Shown: positions 1 through 9,942, counted from the stretch's first letter. The stretch: DNA of 64,000 nucleotides from Bacteroidales bacterium (GCA_035403165.1 DAONEP010000005.1:13499-77498), one strand, 5' to 3'. Notes: generated by a model not told the origin, from the sequence alone. Made by a program: numbers and translations.

Positions 1-82
1 GGGCTTCTCCCGACCATGAACAAAGGTAAGGCTGTTTTGTGCAGTTTTCAGCGCGGGCAGTAATTCATGGATAAACTTCAAT

Positions 83-108
83 AAAAAAAGCCGGGAATAA
101 CCCCGGCT
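83..108 (-). terminator. Rho-independent terminator downstream of the zinc-metallopeptidase gene
   Basis: The minus strand reads AGCCGGG-GTTATT-CCCGGCT followed by a T-run. It lies about 20 nt past the stop codon at 130..132. Confidence 0.6.
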
Positions 109-129
109 CCCTTTGGTTTTCCGTTCTGC

Positions 130-804
130 TTAATCCCTGCGTCCCGTAAAGATCATGATGTAGTATACAAGCGTAGCGAGTGATGAAAGCGCTGCTACAA
201 CATAGGTGTAAGCTGCCCAGCGGAGTGCGTCTTCGGCTTTATCGCGGGTTTCGTAAGTGGTAAGACCGCTGTTGGTGAGCCAGGCAATGGCGCGTTGGCT
301 TGCATTGATCTCAACAGGCAGCGTAATGAAACTGAAGAGGGTGGTTAAAGCAAACAAAGCAATCCCGGCCAACAGCAATTGAGGAAAACTGTTGATGAGC
401 AATATTCCCGCCAGGAGAACCCATTGCACCCAGTTTGAAGCAAAACTAACCACAGGCACCAGCGTTGAACGCATCTGCAGCCAACCGTAACGGGTGGCAT
501 GCTGCACGGCATGGCCGCATTCGTGGGCTGCAACGGCTGCAGCAGAAATACTGTTGCCGTAATAAACGTCGCGGCTCAGGTTCACGGTTTTGGTCTGTGG
601 GTTATAATGGTCGGTAAGCTGTCCTTCAACGGAAACAACTTTAACATCGAATACGCCTTGTTCGCGGAGCATCTTCTCGGCCACGTCGGCTCCCGTCAGA
701 CCCCTGCTTACAGGTATTTTTGAGTACTTTCTGAATTTCGATTTCAATACCTCGCTGATAATAAGGCTCAGGATCATGAAAACGATGAAAATGAGGATGT
801 ACAT
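130..804 (-). CDS. Membrane-anchored neutral zinc metallopeptidase (YugP / Zn_peptidase_2-like)
   Basis: 224-aa ORF with an HExxH site in AAHECGHAVQH, an N-terminal TM helix and C-terminal hydrophobic helices. Confidence 0.85.
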   Translation of the reverse strand: MYILIFIVFMILSLIISEVLKSKFRKYSKIPVSRGLTGADVAEKMLREQGVFDVKVVSVEGQLTDHYNPQTKTVNLSRDVYYGNSISAAAVAAHECGHAVQHATRYGWLQMRSTLVPVVSFASNWVQWVLLAGILLINSFPQLLLAGIALFALTTLFSFITLPVEINASQRAIAWLTNSGLTTYETRDKAEDALRWAAYTYVVAALSSLATLVYYIMIFTGRRD

Positions 805-880
805 GTCGCTATTGGTTTTTGTTTAAGTGCTTTTATTTATATCAAGATTCCTGCCGGAATTTATTTTGTGTCAGAATGTC

Positions 881-1090
881 AGGGAGAAGAGGCTGGGAGC
901 AGGGAGCAGGGAGCAGGGAGCAGGGAGAAAGGGGCAAGGGGCAAAGGTTAAAAGTCAAAAGTCAAAGGGCAAAGGTCAAAGGTCAAAGAGCATGGAGCGA
1001 GGAGCGGGGAGCAGGGAGAACGGAGCAAGGAGTAGGGAGCAGAGAGCTAATGGCTAATGGCTAAAAGCTAAAAGCCAAAGGGCAAAGTTT
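881..1090. repeat. Degenerate heptanucleotide tandem array of about 30 in-phase 7-nt units
   Basis: Cutting from 881 in 7-mers gives GGGAGCA x4, AGGGGCA x2, AAAGTCA x2, AAGGTCA x2, GGGAGCA-type variants, AATGGCT x2, AAAAGCT and AAAAGCC, all in one phase. The + strand is purine-rich and nearly T-free. The array is intergenic between two minus-strand genes. Confidence 0.9.
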
Positions 1091-1189
1091 ACCTGCCTGG
1101 GGCGGGCCTGTGGGAGGACGGCAGGGTTAAAAGTCAGAGGCGGGGAGCAGACCGGTAGGGTAACCGTAAGAGAGTTTCCGGATTACGGT

Positions 1190-1759
1190 CTATACACGGT
1201 CTTCGTTACTTTCATCCTGTCCCTTATACCCGGCCGGAACGATCGAAGGGTCATGCCAGCTCGCATAAAGGGTGTAATTGTCGGATATCCTTTTTACCTG
1301 GCCTTCGAACAGGGAAGTATCGACGGATTTGATTTTTTTTGCCGGAATGCCGGCGTAAACGCTTCCCTGCTCAACCACGGTGCCCTGCGATACCACGGCT
1401 CCTGCAGCAACGATGGAGTTGCTTTCAATCACAACACCATCCATGATAATGGCCCCCATCCCGATAAGCACATTGTCGTGGATTGTACAGCCGTGAACGA
1501 TAGCCCTGTGCGCAATGGAAACATTATTGCCGATTGTCACCGGGTACTTCCGGTAGGTGCAATGTATGACCACCCCGTCCTGGATGTTGACATTATTCCC
1601 GATCCTGATAAAATGAACATCACCCCTTACAACGGCATTAAACCAAACGCTGCAGTCGTTGCCCATTTCAACATCGCCGACGATGGTGGCATTTTCGGCT
1701 ATGAATACATTGGCGCCCAGGCGTGGTGAAATTCCTTTTATGGGATAGATCAGCGGCAT
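1190..1759 (-). CDS. Gamma-carbonic-anhydrase-like / left-handed beta-helix (hexapeptide repeat) protein
   Basis: 189 aa with hexapeptide-repeat periodicity (IGNNVNIQDGVVIH, IGNNVSIAHRAIVH). The N-terminus, with ANVFIAENATIVGDVEMG, is typical of the YrdA/PaaY family. Confidence 0.85.
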   Translation of the reverse strand: MPLIYPIKGISPRLGANVFIAENATIVGDVEMGNDCSVWFNAVVRGDVHFIRIGNNVNIQDGVVIHCTYRKYPVTIGNNVSIAHRAIVHGCTIHDNVLIGMGAIIMDGVVIESNSIVAAGAVVSQGTVVEQGSVYAGIPAKKIKSVDTSLFEGQVKRISDNYTLYASWHDPSIVPAGYKGQDESNEDRV

Positions 1760-1822
1760 AAGCGATGGCTATTTTTTCCGATGTTCAATTCCGTTTTGCG
1801 GATTTATCCCCGCTGCCTTATT

Positions 1823-3427
1823 TTACAATTCGTCTCCGTGGTTGAAAAACATCTCCTCTTTCTCGTTCGATTTGGGATAGTCGATTGAAAAATGGAGCCC
1901 GCGGCTTTCTTTACGCTCCTGCGCCATGCGGATAATCAGCCCGGCTACGGTTATCAGGTTGCGGACCTCGCAAAGTTTTTCGATGATCACCGATTGCTTG
2001 TACAGGGCGTCCGTTTCACGTCTCAGGATGGCAAGCCTGTCGGCGGCACGTTGCAACCGCAGGTTCGACCTGACGATGCCTACGTAATTCGACATAATAG
2101 CCTGCAACTCCTTGATCGTCTGGGTGATCAGCACCATTTCTTCGGTCATGACCGTGCCTTCGGCATCCCAGTCGGGAATTTCGTCTTTAAAAGCGATTGT
2201 CTTGATTTTGGATGATGCATCCGTCACAGCGCGGTGTGAAAACACCAACGCTTCGAGCAGTGAATTGGATGCAAGGCGGTTTGCGCCGTGTAAGCCGGTT
2301 GAGGAACATTCTCCTGCAGCGTAAAGGTTCCGGATAGAGCTCCGCCCGAATTCATCTACTTTAATTCCGCCGCAGATATAATGGGCCGAGGGAACAACCG
2401 GAATCATCTCTTTCGAAATGTCGATGCCCACACTGAGACATTTGGCATAAATGCCGGGGAAATGCGATAGCAGGTCTTCTTTATTGATATGCCGGCAATC
2501 AAGGTAAATGTGATCTTCGCCGCTTATCTTAAGCTCGTTGTCGATGGCGCGGGCCACAATATCGCGGGGGGCCAGCGACATCCGTTTGTCATACTTCTGC
2601 ATGAACTCGTTGCCGTTACGGTCCTTGAGTACAGCGCCGAAGCCGCGTAATGCTTCACTGATAAGGAAAGCGGGTTTTTCGGCCGGATAGTAAAGAGCGG
2701 TAGGATGGAACTGTATGAACTCCATTTTTTCAACTACGCCCTTTGCGCGGTGAACCATTGCAATACCATCGCCGGTAGCAGTCCGGGGATTGGTAGTGTT
2801 GGCATATACGTTGCCGGCCCCGCCGGTAGCCATCAGCGTTGTTTTTGCCAGGATGGTATCAATCCGGTTATTGTTTTTATTCAATACATACGCCCCGTAA
2901 CAGGTAAGGTCGGGGGTGCTGCGGTTCACTTCCATACCAAGGTGGTGCTGGGTGAGCAAATCCACGGTGAAATGGTTTTCGAGTATTTCGATATTGGGAT
3001 TTTCCCGCGCCTGCCTCAGCAGGGTCCTTTCGATCTCAAGCCCGGTCTGGTCTTTGTAATGCAGGACGCGAAATTCGGAATGCCCGCCTTCCCTGGCCAG
3101 GTCATACTTTCCCGACGCTGTTTTATCAAATTCAACGCCCCATTCCACGAGTTCCCTGATACGTTCAGGGGCTTCCGTAATGGTCAGCCGGACGATTTTT
3201 TCATCATTTAACTCATCACCGGCGATAAGCGTATCCTGGATATGCTTTTCGTAAGTATCGGGAGTATAGGTAACGGCGGCAATCCCTCCCTGAGCATATT
3301 TTGTAGCCGTTTCTTCAGCACTATTTTTTGTGATAATGCAAACTGTTCCTTTGCCGGCGGCTTTTAAAGCATAACTTAATCCTGCAATGCCTGATCCGAT
3401 AACCAGGAAATCTACATACTTTCTCAT
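1823..3427 (-). CDS. nadB: L-aspartate oxidase
   Basis: 534 aa with an N-terminal FAD dinucleotide fold (DFLVIGSGIAGLSYAL). The succinate dehydrogenase/fumarate reductase flavoprotein-like core and helical C-terminal domain are typical of NadB. Confidence 0.93.
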   Translation of the reverse strand: MRKYVDFLVIGSGIAGLSYALKAAGKGTVCIITKNSAEETATKYAQGGIAAVTYTPDTYEKHIQDTLIAGDELNDEKIVRLTITEAPERIRELVEWGVEFDKTASGKYDLAREGGHSEFRVLHYKDQTGLEIERTLLRQARENPNIEILENHFTVDLLTQHHLGMEVNRSTPDLTCYGAYVLNKNNNRIDTILAKTTLMATGGAGNVYANTTNPRTATGDGIAMVHRAKGVVEKMEFIQFHPTALYYPAEKPAFLISEALRGFGAVLKDRNGNEFMQKYDKRMSLAPRDIVARAIDNELKISGEDHIYLDCRHINKEDLLSHFPGIYAKCLSVGIDISKEMIPVVPSAHYICGGIKVDEFGRSSIRNLYAAGECSSTGLHGANRLASNSLLEALVFSHRAVTDASSKIKTIAFKDEIPDWDAEGTVMTEEMVLITQTIKELQAIMSNYVGIVRSNLRLQRAADRLAILRRETDALYKQSVIIEKLCEVRNLITVAGLIIRMAQERKESRGLHFSIDYPKSNEKEEMFFNHGDEL

Positions 3428-3576
3428 AGATGCAGTGAAATAAACTCCACAAAAGTACTACAATTTGCAGATACGCCGGATGGTATTACAATTCATCCCC
3501 CTTTTTTAAGATCGGCTGCCGGTTCGCTATATTTATCATGGCATACCGGTTTACTGCCTTTTTGTAATTTTGCGGC

Positions 3577-4332
3577 ATGATGGATACATCGGAATTACTG
3601 ACATCGTGGGCTGACCAGTATTCAGTGCAGTGGAACGATTGCCTTGCTACGGGCTTTGCCAGCCTGGAAGCCATGTGCAACTACTTTCAGGAGTCGGCCT
3701 GGCATCATGCCGACCACCTGGGCTTCGGATTCCAGAAATTGAAAAACACAGACCGCGCATGGGTACTGGCGCGAATTACCATGAAGATTGACCGGTACCC
3801 GGCCTGGAGGGAATCGGTCATCGTTAAAACCTGGCCTACGGGCGTCGAGAAAATTTTCGCCCGACGTGATTTCCTTATCCTGGACACCAACGGTCAGACG
3901 CTTGGAAGCGGGGCTTCCTGGTGGATCATTATTAATCCCCAAACCCGGCAGCCTCAGATTCCCGAAGTTGTCCGCGACCTTATCCTGGAGCCGCCATTGG
4001 ATGAGTATAAACCGGAACGGTTGCGCCTGCCTGAAACCCTGGAGCCTTTGGGCAATCATACTGTTCAGTACCTGGAAACGGACCGCCTCGGGCATGTTAA
4101 CAACACCCGCTACGCTGCATGGATTTTAAATGCCCTGGGACCGGACTGGAATAACAGGTATAAAATTGAAAGTTATCAGATAGAATTCGTCACCGAAGCA
4201 TTCACCGGCGAGAGGATAGGCCTTTTTTCATCGCCGGCCGGCGAATCCCGTTTTTATATAAACGGCAAGCGGGAAAGAGACGGAAAGGAAATTTTCAGGG
4301 CAAGGATTGGGGTGAAGGAGAAAGAAAGTTAG
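3577..4332 (+). CDS. Acyl-ACP thioesterase family protein
   Basis: 251 aa with a double hot-dog layout. The pattern from DQYSVQWND to WVLARITMKIDRYPAW to GHVNNTRY matches acyl-ACP thioesterases. Confidence 0.8.
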   Translation: MMDTSELLTSWADQYSVQWNDCLATGFASLEAMCNYFQESAWHHADHLGFGFQKLKNTDRAWVLARITMKIDRYPAWRESVIVKTWPTGVEKIFARRDFLILDTNGQTLGSGASWWIIINPQTRQPQIPEVVRDLILEPPLDEYKPERLRLPETLEPLGNHTVQYLETDRLGHVNNTRYAAWILNALGPDWNNRYKIESYQIEFVTEAFTGERIGLFSSPAGESRFYINGKRERDGKEIFRARIGVKEKES

Positions 4333-4385
4333 TTGTCAATGCCAGCGTACCGGCATGATTTACCTGTCCTGTGCTACCGGCTGAT

Positions 4386-5108
4386 TTATTTCAGCTTTTT
4401 ATTAATCTGACTGACGATGGCATGCAGCAGGTGAACATCTTTTTCGCCGAGAAGGCCTAATCGCTCTATAAGGTGGATGCGGTTGCTGTTGTCGACGGCG
4501 ATGCCGATTTCGTCAAGCAAGGTTTCTGTTTTGGTTTTCAATGCCTGCAAACCGTCAGTATCAAATCCGGCTTTTTTTGCCTGCAATTTTCTGCCCTTCA
4601 GCGCCGATAGTTCATAAGCATAAACCATAACAGCCTGGGCAAGGTTCAGCGATGGGTATTTTCCGGCCATGGAAACGCTTGTCAGGAGGTGGCAAACGGA
4701 TGCATCGTCGTTGCTTAAACCGCTCTCTTCGCTTCCGAAGACAATTCCTGTGTGTTTAATGGTGTTTCCTTTTTCTGCAATTACCTGTGCCAGCAGGTTT
4801 GAGCGGACATACAGACCTCTTTTTGTCCGGCGGCGGGCTGTGGCGCCGATGATGAAGTCAAGGTCGGCGGCAGCTTCGTGAAGCGACGGAAATACGCCGG
4901 CTTTTTCAAGAATTTCGTTGGATGCATGGGCGAGCATTCTGGCTTCCGGGCACAGGTGGTTGCAGGGATTGACAAGCCTCAGGTCGCTGAAGCCCATGGT
5001 TTTCATGGCCCGTGCGGCAGCGCCTACGTTGGCGGGAACCGCCGGGTTTACCAGGATAAAGGATATTAGCAACGGGACGTTGTTTTTGTCAGAAGGATCT
5101 GAATTCAT
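4386..5108 (-). CDS. trmJ: SpoU/TrmH-class RNA 2'-O-methyltransferase, TrmJ-like
   Basis: The motif LVNPAVPANVGAAARAMKTMGF and the SPOUT C-terminal knot (GSEESGLSN) are present. The track start at 5138 is a TTG; I prefer the in-frame ATG at 5108. Confidence 0.75.
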   Translation of the reverse strand: MNSDPSDKNNVPLLISFILVNPAVPANVGAAARAMKTMGFSDLRLVNPCNHLCPEARMLAHASNEILEKAGVFPSLHEAAADLDFIIGATARRRTKRGLYVRSNLLAQVIAEKGNTIKHTGIVFGSEESGLSNDDASVCHLLTSVSMAGKYPSLNLAQAVMVYAYELSALKGRKLQAKKAGFDTDGLQALKTKTETLLDEIGIAVDNSNRIHLIERLGLLGEKDVHLLHAIVSQINKKLK

Positions 5109-5210
5109 TGTCAAATTTAACAGCCATGATGCTGACAACGGCTATTCGGGTAAGAAAAAAGCCTGTTCGCGATGAACAGGCCCTTTTGTAATTGCTTTAC
5201 CTGGATATGC

Positions 5211-5378
5211 TTATGCAGGATGGATGGCTTCTACGGGGCATACGTCAGCACACGAACCGCATTCGGTGCACATATCGGGATCAATTTTATAAATATCGCC
5301 TTCGGAGATAGCTTCCACGGGGCACTCATCGATACAGGTGCCGCAAGCGGTGCAGTCATCAGAAATTTGGTAAGCCAT
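5211..5378 (-). CDS. 2x[4Fe-4S] ferredoxin, 55 aa, absent from the ORF track
   Basis: Manual minus-strand translation gives MAYQISDDCTACGTCIDECPVEAISEGDIYKIDPDMCTECGSCADVCPVEAIHPA* with two CxxCxxCxxxCP motifs. The listed + ORF 5172..5600 is its antisense shadow. Confidence 0.88.
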   Translation of the reverse strand: MAYQISDDCTACGTCIDECPVEAISEGDIYKIDPDMCTECGSCADVCPVEAIHPA

Positions 5379-5686
5379 TGTTGTAATTTTTTTGGGTTAT
5401 GTGGAACAAAGGTATATACATTTTTTCTTCACGGAGAGATACACCAATATTTTTTATTTGTTCTAAATAATCACCGGATTCCTGATTCCGGTCATGAAAC
5501 GCAGATGGGCTCTAACCTTTTTCACCGCAAGTGTTTCAGCCTGCCGGGCGCAGGCTGTTATTCCCGTCCTGAGCTGATTTTTCAGGCAGATGAAGCGTGA
5601 GTGGCCGATAAATTTAATACCGTAATTCACCTTGATATCCGCATAATAAATCTAACTTTGCTCAAATTTAAAAAATATCGGAAAGC

Positions 5687-7534
5687 ATGAGTCATCATTC
5701 AAATGTTATCGAAAAAGAAGACATTGTAATCAAGTTTGTAGGCGATTCGGGCGATGGTATGCAGCTTTCGGGAACCCTGTTCAGCGATACGGCTGCACTT
5801 CAGGGCCTTGATCTGGCAACATTCCCCGATTACCCTGCCGAAATCCGCGCACCGCAGAATACAACTGCCGGTGTATCGGGATTCCAGGTCCATGTGGGCA
5901 CAAAAAAGATTGACACTACGGGTGACCAGGTTGATATCCTTGTCGCAATGAATCCGGCTTCGCTTCGCTCAAACCTCAAATGGGCCCATCCGGGCGCTAC
6001 GCTTATCCTTGACGCTGACGCCTTTGATGAAGCTTCAGTTAAGAAAGCCGGATATGCGTCCAACCCCCTGGATGATGAAAGCCTGTCAGGTTATAATGTT
6101 GTAAAAGCGCCTGTTTCATCGCTTACCCGCGCAGCATTGAAGCCGCTGAACCTTGACGTTAAATCGGCTGATCGCACCCGTAACATGTTCGCCCTGGGCA
6201 TTTGCTATTTCTTGTTTGGCTGGAAACTCGATTCCACCATCGATTATTTTAAGGTAAAATTCAAAAAGAAACCTGAGATGATCGAAGCCAATAAAATAGT
6301 GCTTGAGGCCGGATACATCTATGCTGACAATATTGAAGCCCTTGCTTCAAAATACCATATTTCAAAAGCGAAGATGAAACCCGGGAAATACCGGAATATC
6401 ACCGGGAATATAGCAACCGCCTGGGGATTGCTGGCAGCCTCCGAACGTTCGGGACGCCCTATTTTCCTGGGGTCGTATCCTATCACTCCCGCCACCGACA
6501 TACTTATTGAGCTGGCAAAGCATAAATCGCTTGGGGCAAGGGTATTCCAGGCTGAAGATGAAATAGCCGGAATTTGTTCGGCCATTGGTGCAAGTTATAC
6601 CGGTTCCATGGCAATAACCACGACCTCGGGCCCTGGATTATCGCTCAAGAGTGAAGCCATTGGTCTGGCAGTAATGACTGAACTGCCGCTGGTTATCGTT
6701 GATGTGCAGCGCGGGGGGCCTTCTACCGGCCTGCCTACCAAGAGTGAACAGAGCGACCTGATGCAGGCCCTGTTTGGACGAAACGGAGAAGCTCCCGTTG
6801 TGGTGCTGGCTTCATCAACTCCGGCCGATTGTTATTTTTATGCCTACATGGCCGCCAAAATTGCCATGGAACACATGACTCCGGTAATTCTGCTCAGCGA
6901 TGGCTCACTGGGAAATGGTTCACAGCTTTTCCGCATTACAAAAGTTTCGGATCTGCCGCCTATCACTCCGCCGATTGCCGAAGCAAACGACGCCACTTAC
7001 AAACCTTACCTCCGCAATCCCGAAACACTGGTGCGCAAATGGGCCCTTCCGGGTACTGCCGGTTTACGTCACAGGGTTGGCGGCCTCGAAAAGGAAAATA
7101 TCACAGGTAACGTGAGTACCGATCCCCTGAACCATGAACTCATGGTGAAACTCCGCGAAGCCAAAGTCCAGAAAGTTGCCGATGTTCTTCCCGAACAGGA
7201 AATTATTGGTGAAAAAGAAGGCGACCTGCTGGTGATAAGCTGGGGCGGAACGCGCGGTACCACCCAGGATGCTGTTGAAGCAATGCAGGCTGCCGGTAAA
7301 AAAGTAAGCCTCGCCCATTTCAACTACATCATGCCGTTACCCAAAAATACCCGCCAGGTACTTTCAGGATTCAGGAAAATTGTGGTTTGCGAACTCAACG
7401 CAGGACAATTTGTGAATTACCTGCGTATGAAAGAACCTGACTTTAGCTATATTCAGTATAATAAATTGCAATCGTTGCCTTTTACGGTTGCCGAGCTTAC
7501 TGCCAAGTTTAACGAAATACTGGAGGAGAAATAA
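5687..7534 (+). CDS. korA: 2-oxoglutarate/2-oxoacid:ferredoxin oxidoreductase, alpha subunit
   Basis: 615 aa with fused gamma-like and alpha (pyrimidine-binding) domains. The next gene starts 2 nt after its stop. Confidence 0.9.
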   Translation: MSHHSNVIEKEDIVIKFVGDSGDGMQLSGTLFSDTAALQGLDLATFPDYPAEIRAPQNTTAGVSGFQVHVGTKKIDTTGDQVDILVAMNPASLRSNLKWAHPGATLILDADAFDEASVKKAGYASNPLDDESLSGYNVVKAPVSSLTRAALKPLNLDVKSADRTRNMFALGICYFLFGWKLDSTIDYFKVKFKKKPEMIEANKIVLEAGYIYADNIEALASKYHISKAKMKPGKYRNITGNIATAWGLLAASERSGRPIFLGSYPITPATDILIELAKHKSLGARVFQAEDEIAGICSAIGASYTGSMAITTTSGPGLSLKSEAIGLAVMTELPLVIVDVQRGGPSTGLPTKSEQSDLMQALFGRNGEAPVVVLASSTPADCYFYAYMAAKIAMEHMTPVILLSDGSLGNGSQLFRITKVSDLPPITPPIAEANDATYKPYLRNPETLVRKWALPGTAGLRHRVGGLEKENITGNVSTDPLNHELMVKLREAKVQKVADVLPEQEIIGEKEGDLLVISWGGTRGTTQDAVEAMQAAGKKVSLAHFNYIMPLPKNTRQVLSGFRKIVVCELNAGQFVNYLRMKEPDFSYIQYNKLQSLPFTVAELTAKFNEILEEK

Positions 7535-7536
7535 TC

Positions 7537-8580
7537 ATGATAGAATTTCCGGAAAAAACTATAGAACGTTCGTCCGTAGAACTGAGCAAAGAAGATTTTG
7601 TTAGCGACCAGATGGTAAAGTGGTGCCCGGGATGCGGTTCCCATGCCATTCTTGCTGCCGTGGCCAACGTGTTCCCCAAAATCGGATACCGTAAAGAAAA
7701 TTTTATGATGGTATCCGGAATCGGTTGCTCATCGCGTTTCCCATATTACGTCAATACATACGGAATTCACGGAATTCACGGACGGGCCAATGCCATCGCC
7801 TCCGGCGTTAAAATTGCCAATCCCCGCCTCAGCGTTTGGATTACTACCGGCGACGGCGATTCCATGGCCATTGGGGGTAACCACTTTATCCACATTATCC
7901 GCCGCAACATCGACGTTAACATCATCCTGTTCAACAACCAGATTTACGGCCTGACCAAGGGACAATATTCGCCAACAACGCCCATGGGCAGCATTACCAA
8001 AACCTCGCCCCAGGGAACCATCGAGCATCCGTTTAACCCGGGTGAACTGGTACTGGGATCGCAGGGGACTTTCTTCGCCCGCGTTGTGGACAATAATGTA
8101 AAAATGATGACCGAGGTGATGTTCGAAGCTGCCAAGCATGACGGTACATCGGTGATTGAAGTATTGCAGAACTGCGTGATCTTCGCCGATAAAACCCATG
8201 CCGCTGTTACCGATAAAGAAATCCGCGATGATGTCCAGCTCCACCTCAAGAACGGAGAACCGATGATTTTCGGCAAAAACCGCGATAAAGGAATCAGGCT
8301 GAAAGGTACACGCCTCGAAGTGGTAACGTTGGGCGAAAACAGCATCACCGAAGACGACCTTCTCGTTCACGACCAGTACCAGCAGGATCCGGGCATCCAC
8401 CTGATGCTGGCAAAAATGGCGCCTCCTCATTTCCCCATGGCATTTGGCGTAATCAGATCAGCCATGTACCCCACATACGACGACCTTGTGGAAGACCAGA
8501 TCAGCACAGCCAAGGCTACTTCCAAAATAAAATGCGTCGACGACCTGCTCAACAGCGGCGAGACCTGGGAGATAAAGTAA
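7537..8580 (+). CDS. korB: 2-oxoglutarate/2-oxoacid:ferredoxin oxidoreductase, beta (TPP-binding) subunit
   Basis: 347 aa with the N-terminal WCPGCG motif and the TPP-binding GDGD..N signature (TTGDGDSMAIGGNH). Confidence 0.9.
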   Translation: MIEFPEKTIERSSVELSKEDFVSDQMVKWCPGCGSHAILAAVANVFPKIGYRKENFMMVSGIGCSSRFPYYVNTYGIHGIHGRANAIASGVKIANPRLSVWITTGDGDSMAIGGNHFIHIIRRNIDVNIILFNNQIYGLTKGQYSPTTPMGSITKTSPQGTIEHPFNPGELVLGSQGTFFARVVDNNVKMMTEVMFEAAKHDGTSVIEVLQNCVIFADKTHAAVTDKEIRDDVQLHLKNGEPMIFGKNRDKGIRLKGTRLEVVTLGENSITEDDLLVHDQYQQDPGIHLMLAKMAPPHFPMAFGVIRSAMYPTYDDLVEDQISTAKATSKIKCVDDLLNSGETWEIK

Positions 8581-8700
8581 AAAAGTGATTATTCGCTTTT
8601 CGTAAAGCCGGAGTTTAGGTGATGGATTCACCGGAATTCCGGCTTTACCTTTATATACTTCCGTCACGGGAAACCAGGGACTGCCCCCGAATGGCTTCCG

Positions 8701-9384
8701 TCAATCCTTCCACAATACCATTCCGATTTTACATCCTAAAGTTAAATGAGGCAGTATGGATCCTCCCTCATATTTATAGCTGTTGTTGAACCCTTCTTCA
8801 AAAAATATATCCTCTTCTTCTGTTTCAGGATTTGTAATATGGCTGTAATTTATCTCGCGGGAAGCGATTCCCAGTCCCCCGTAAAAATCAAAATCAAAGC
8901 GGCTGAAAGAGAGCGTAACCCCTCCTTTGATATGCAAGCCTGCTTTCTGCCTGTTGAAAGTCGCCAGCTCATAACAAATAACGAAGGGCTGGTTTTCCGG
9001 GTGATAGTATCCATCCTTCAGGATGCTGTTGGTTCGGATATAAAACAACTCTGTTGCAACATAAAATGAAGTGATATCGTCGGCTTTGGGAAAATAATAT
9101 TTCAGCTCCGGACGCACTTCAATGAAGGAATAATCATTTTTCCAGACAGTTTCCCTGAGCACCCATCCGTTGAGATCATTGTTGCCAAAGCCACAATCAA
9201 GTACACAGGCAAATCTCTGGGTTATCCGGTACTCTGCCCCAAGCCTGAACCGCGGAGAAAGATCCAACAGGGTAAAAGGCATGGTATGAAATTCAAGGCT
9301 TTTATAATTTTCTTCATTATCCTGGGCGCAGAGTGGCCCTGATAAAACGAAAAGGGATGTCAGGAATAATAGGATATTTCTCAT
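8701..9384 (-). CDS. Putative outer-membrane beta-barrel protein, function unknown
   Basis: 227 aa with a signal peptide (LFVLSGPLCAQ) and alternating aromatic/hydrophobic beta-strand pattern. Confidence 0.5.
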   Translation of the reverse strand: MRNILLFLTSLFVLSGPLCAQDNEENYKSLEFHTMPFTLLDLSPRFRLGAEYRITQRFACVLDCGFGNNDLNGWVLRETVWKNDYSFIEVRPELKYYFPKADDITSFYVATELFYIRTNSILKDGYYHPENQPFVICYELATFNRQKAGLHIKGGVTLSFSRFDFDFYGGLGIASREINYSHITNPETEEEDIFFEEGFNNSYKYEGGSILPHLTLGCKIGMVLWKD

Positions 9385-9609
9385 GCGGGCAGTGTTTTAT
9401 TGAAGAAATTTAATTATTACTGTTTTTGTAAGCATCAGGCAGATAGTTGATTAAAAAAAATCCTCAGGCAATATCAATATGAATCAAACAAATACTTCTT
9501 TAAGATAAAGGTGATTGCGCAACCGGGTTTGATCTTTACCTGTTTCAATGATCCTGTTCCCCGCCTGATGGAAAATCCAACGAATATCTGCTGCAACTCC
9601 TGCCTGTTC

Positions 9610-9942
9610 TTACCCCTTTTTACACCACACCGCTTTCACATCTTCAACCGTGTAAAGCCCTTCATCCAGGACTTCTTCCAGGAAGGGCAGTATCAGGCTT
9701 ATCTTTGAAGGTTTGTCGATGATCTCGATTACCAGCGGCAGATTATTACTGAAATGGGTGACGAGAGAACTGTGCAGGCGACAACTGGAACCATAGCCCA
9801 TAAACCCGTGAATAACAGTAGCGCCGGCCATGTTTAGCTCCCTGGCTTTCAGCACGATGGTTTCACAGAGGGTGATATCGCCCTGCATATCCCTTTCACC
9901 AATATAAATCGTAAGCCGTTGTCCGTTCTCTGCAATTTTCAT
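9610..9942 (-). CDS. DUF190 (UPF0166, PII-like fold) protein
   Basis: 110 aa. The stretch LTIYIGERD..ARELNMAGATVIHGFMGYG is characteristic of DUF190. No crcB gene lies nearby. Confidence 0.7.
   Translation of the reverse strand: MKIAENGQRLTIYIGERDMQGDITLCETIVLKARELNMAGATVIHGFMGYGSSCRLHSSLVTHFSNNLPLVIEIIDKPSKISLILPFLEEVLDEGLYTVEDVKAVWCKKG

Noticed and set aside
1-63. A possible 3' end of a + strand gene (frame 1 is open to a TAA at 61..63).
   Set aside because: Only 20 codons are visible and there is nothing to recognise, so it cannot be supported.
819-1064. Two overlapping + strand ORFs (819..1064 and 827..1057) translating to GAGSREQ/KSQKSKGKGQ-type low-complexity peptides.
   Set aside because: They are open only because the heptamer array is almost T-free, so no stop codons can arise. 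They have no start context or protein-like composition and are a translation artefact of the repeat.
5172-5600. A 142-aa + strand ORF.
   Set aside because: It is antisense to the clear 55-aa ferredoxin gene (5211..5378), and its remainder crosses AT-rich promoter DNA. No protein-like features.
7729-8430. Long antisense ORFs inside korB and many other genes, for example 7729..8430, 17828..18556, 33338..33910, 39655..40203 and 50006..50776.
   Set aside because: Each lies opposite a confidently identified gene and has shadow-ORF composition with no motifs. They are treated as non-coding.
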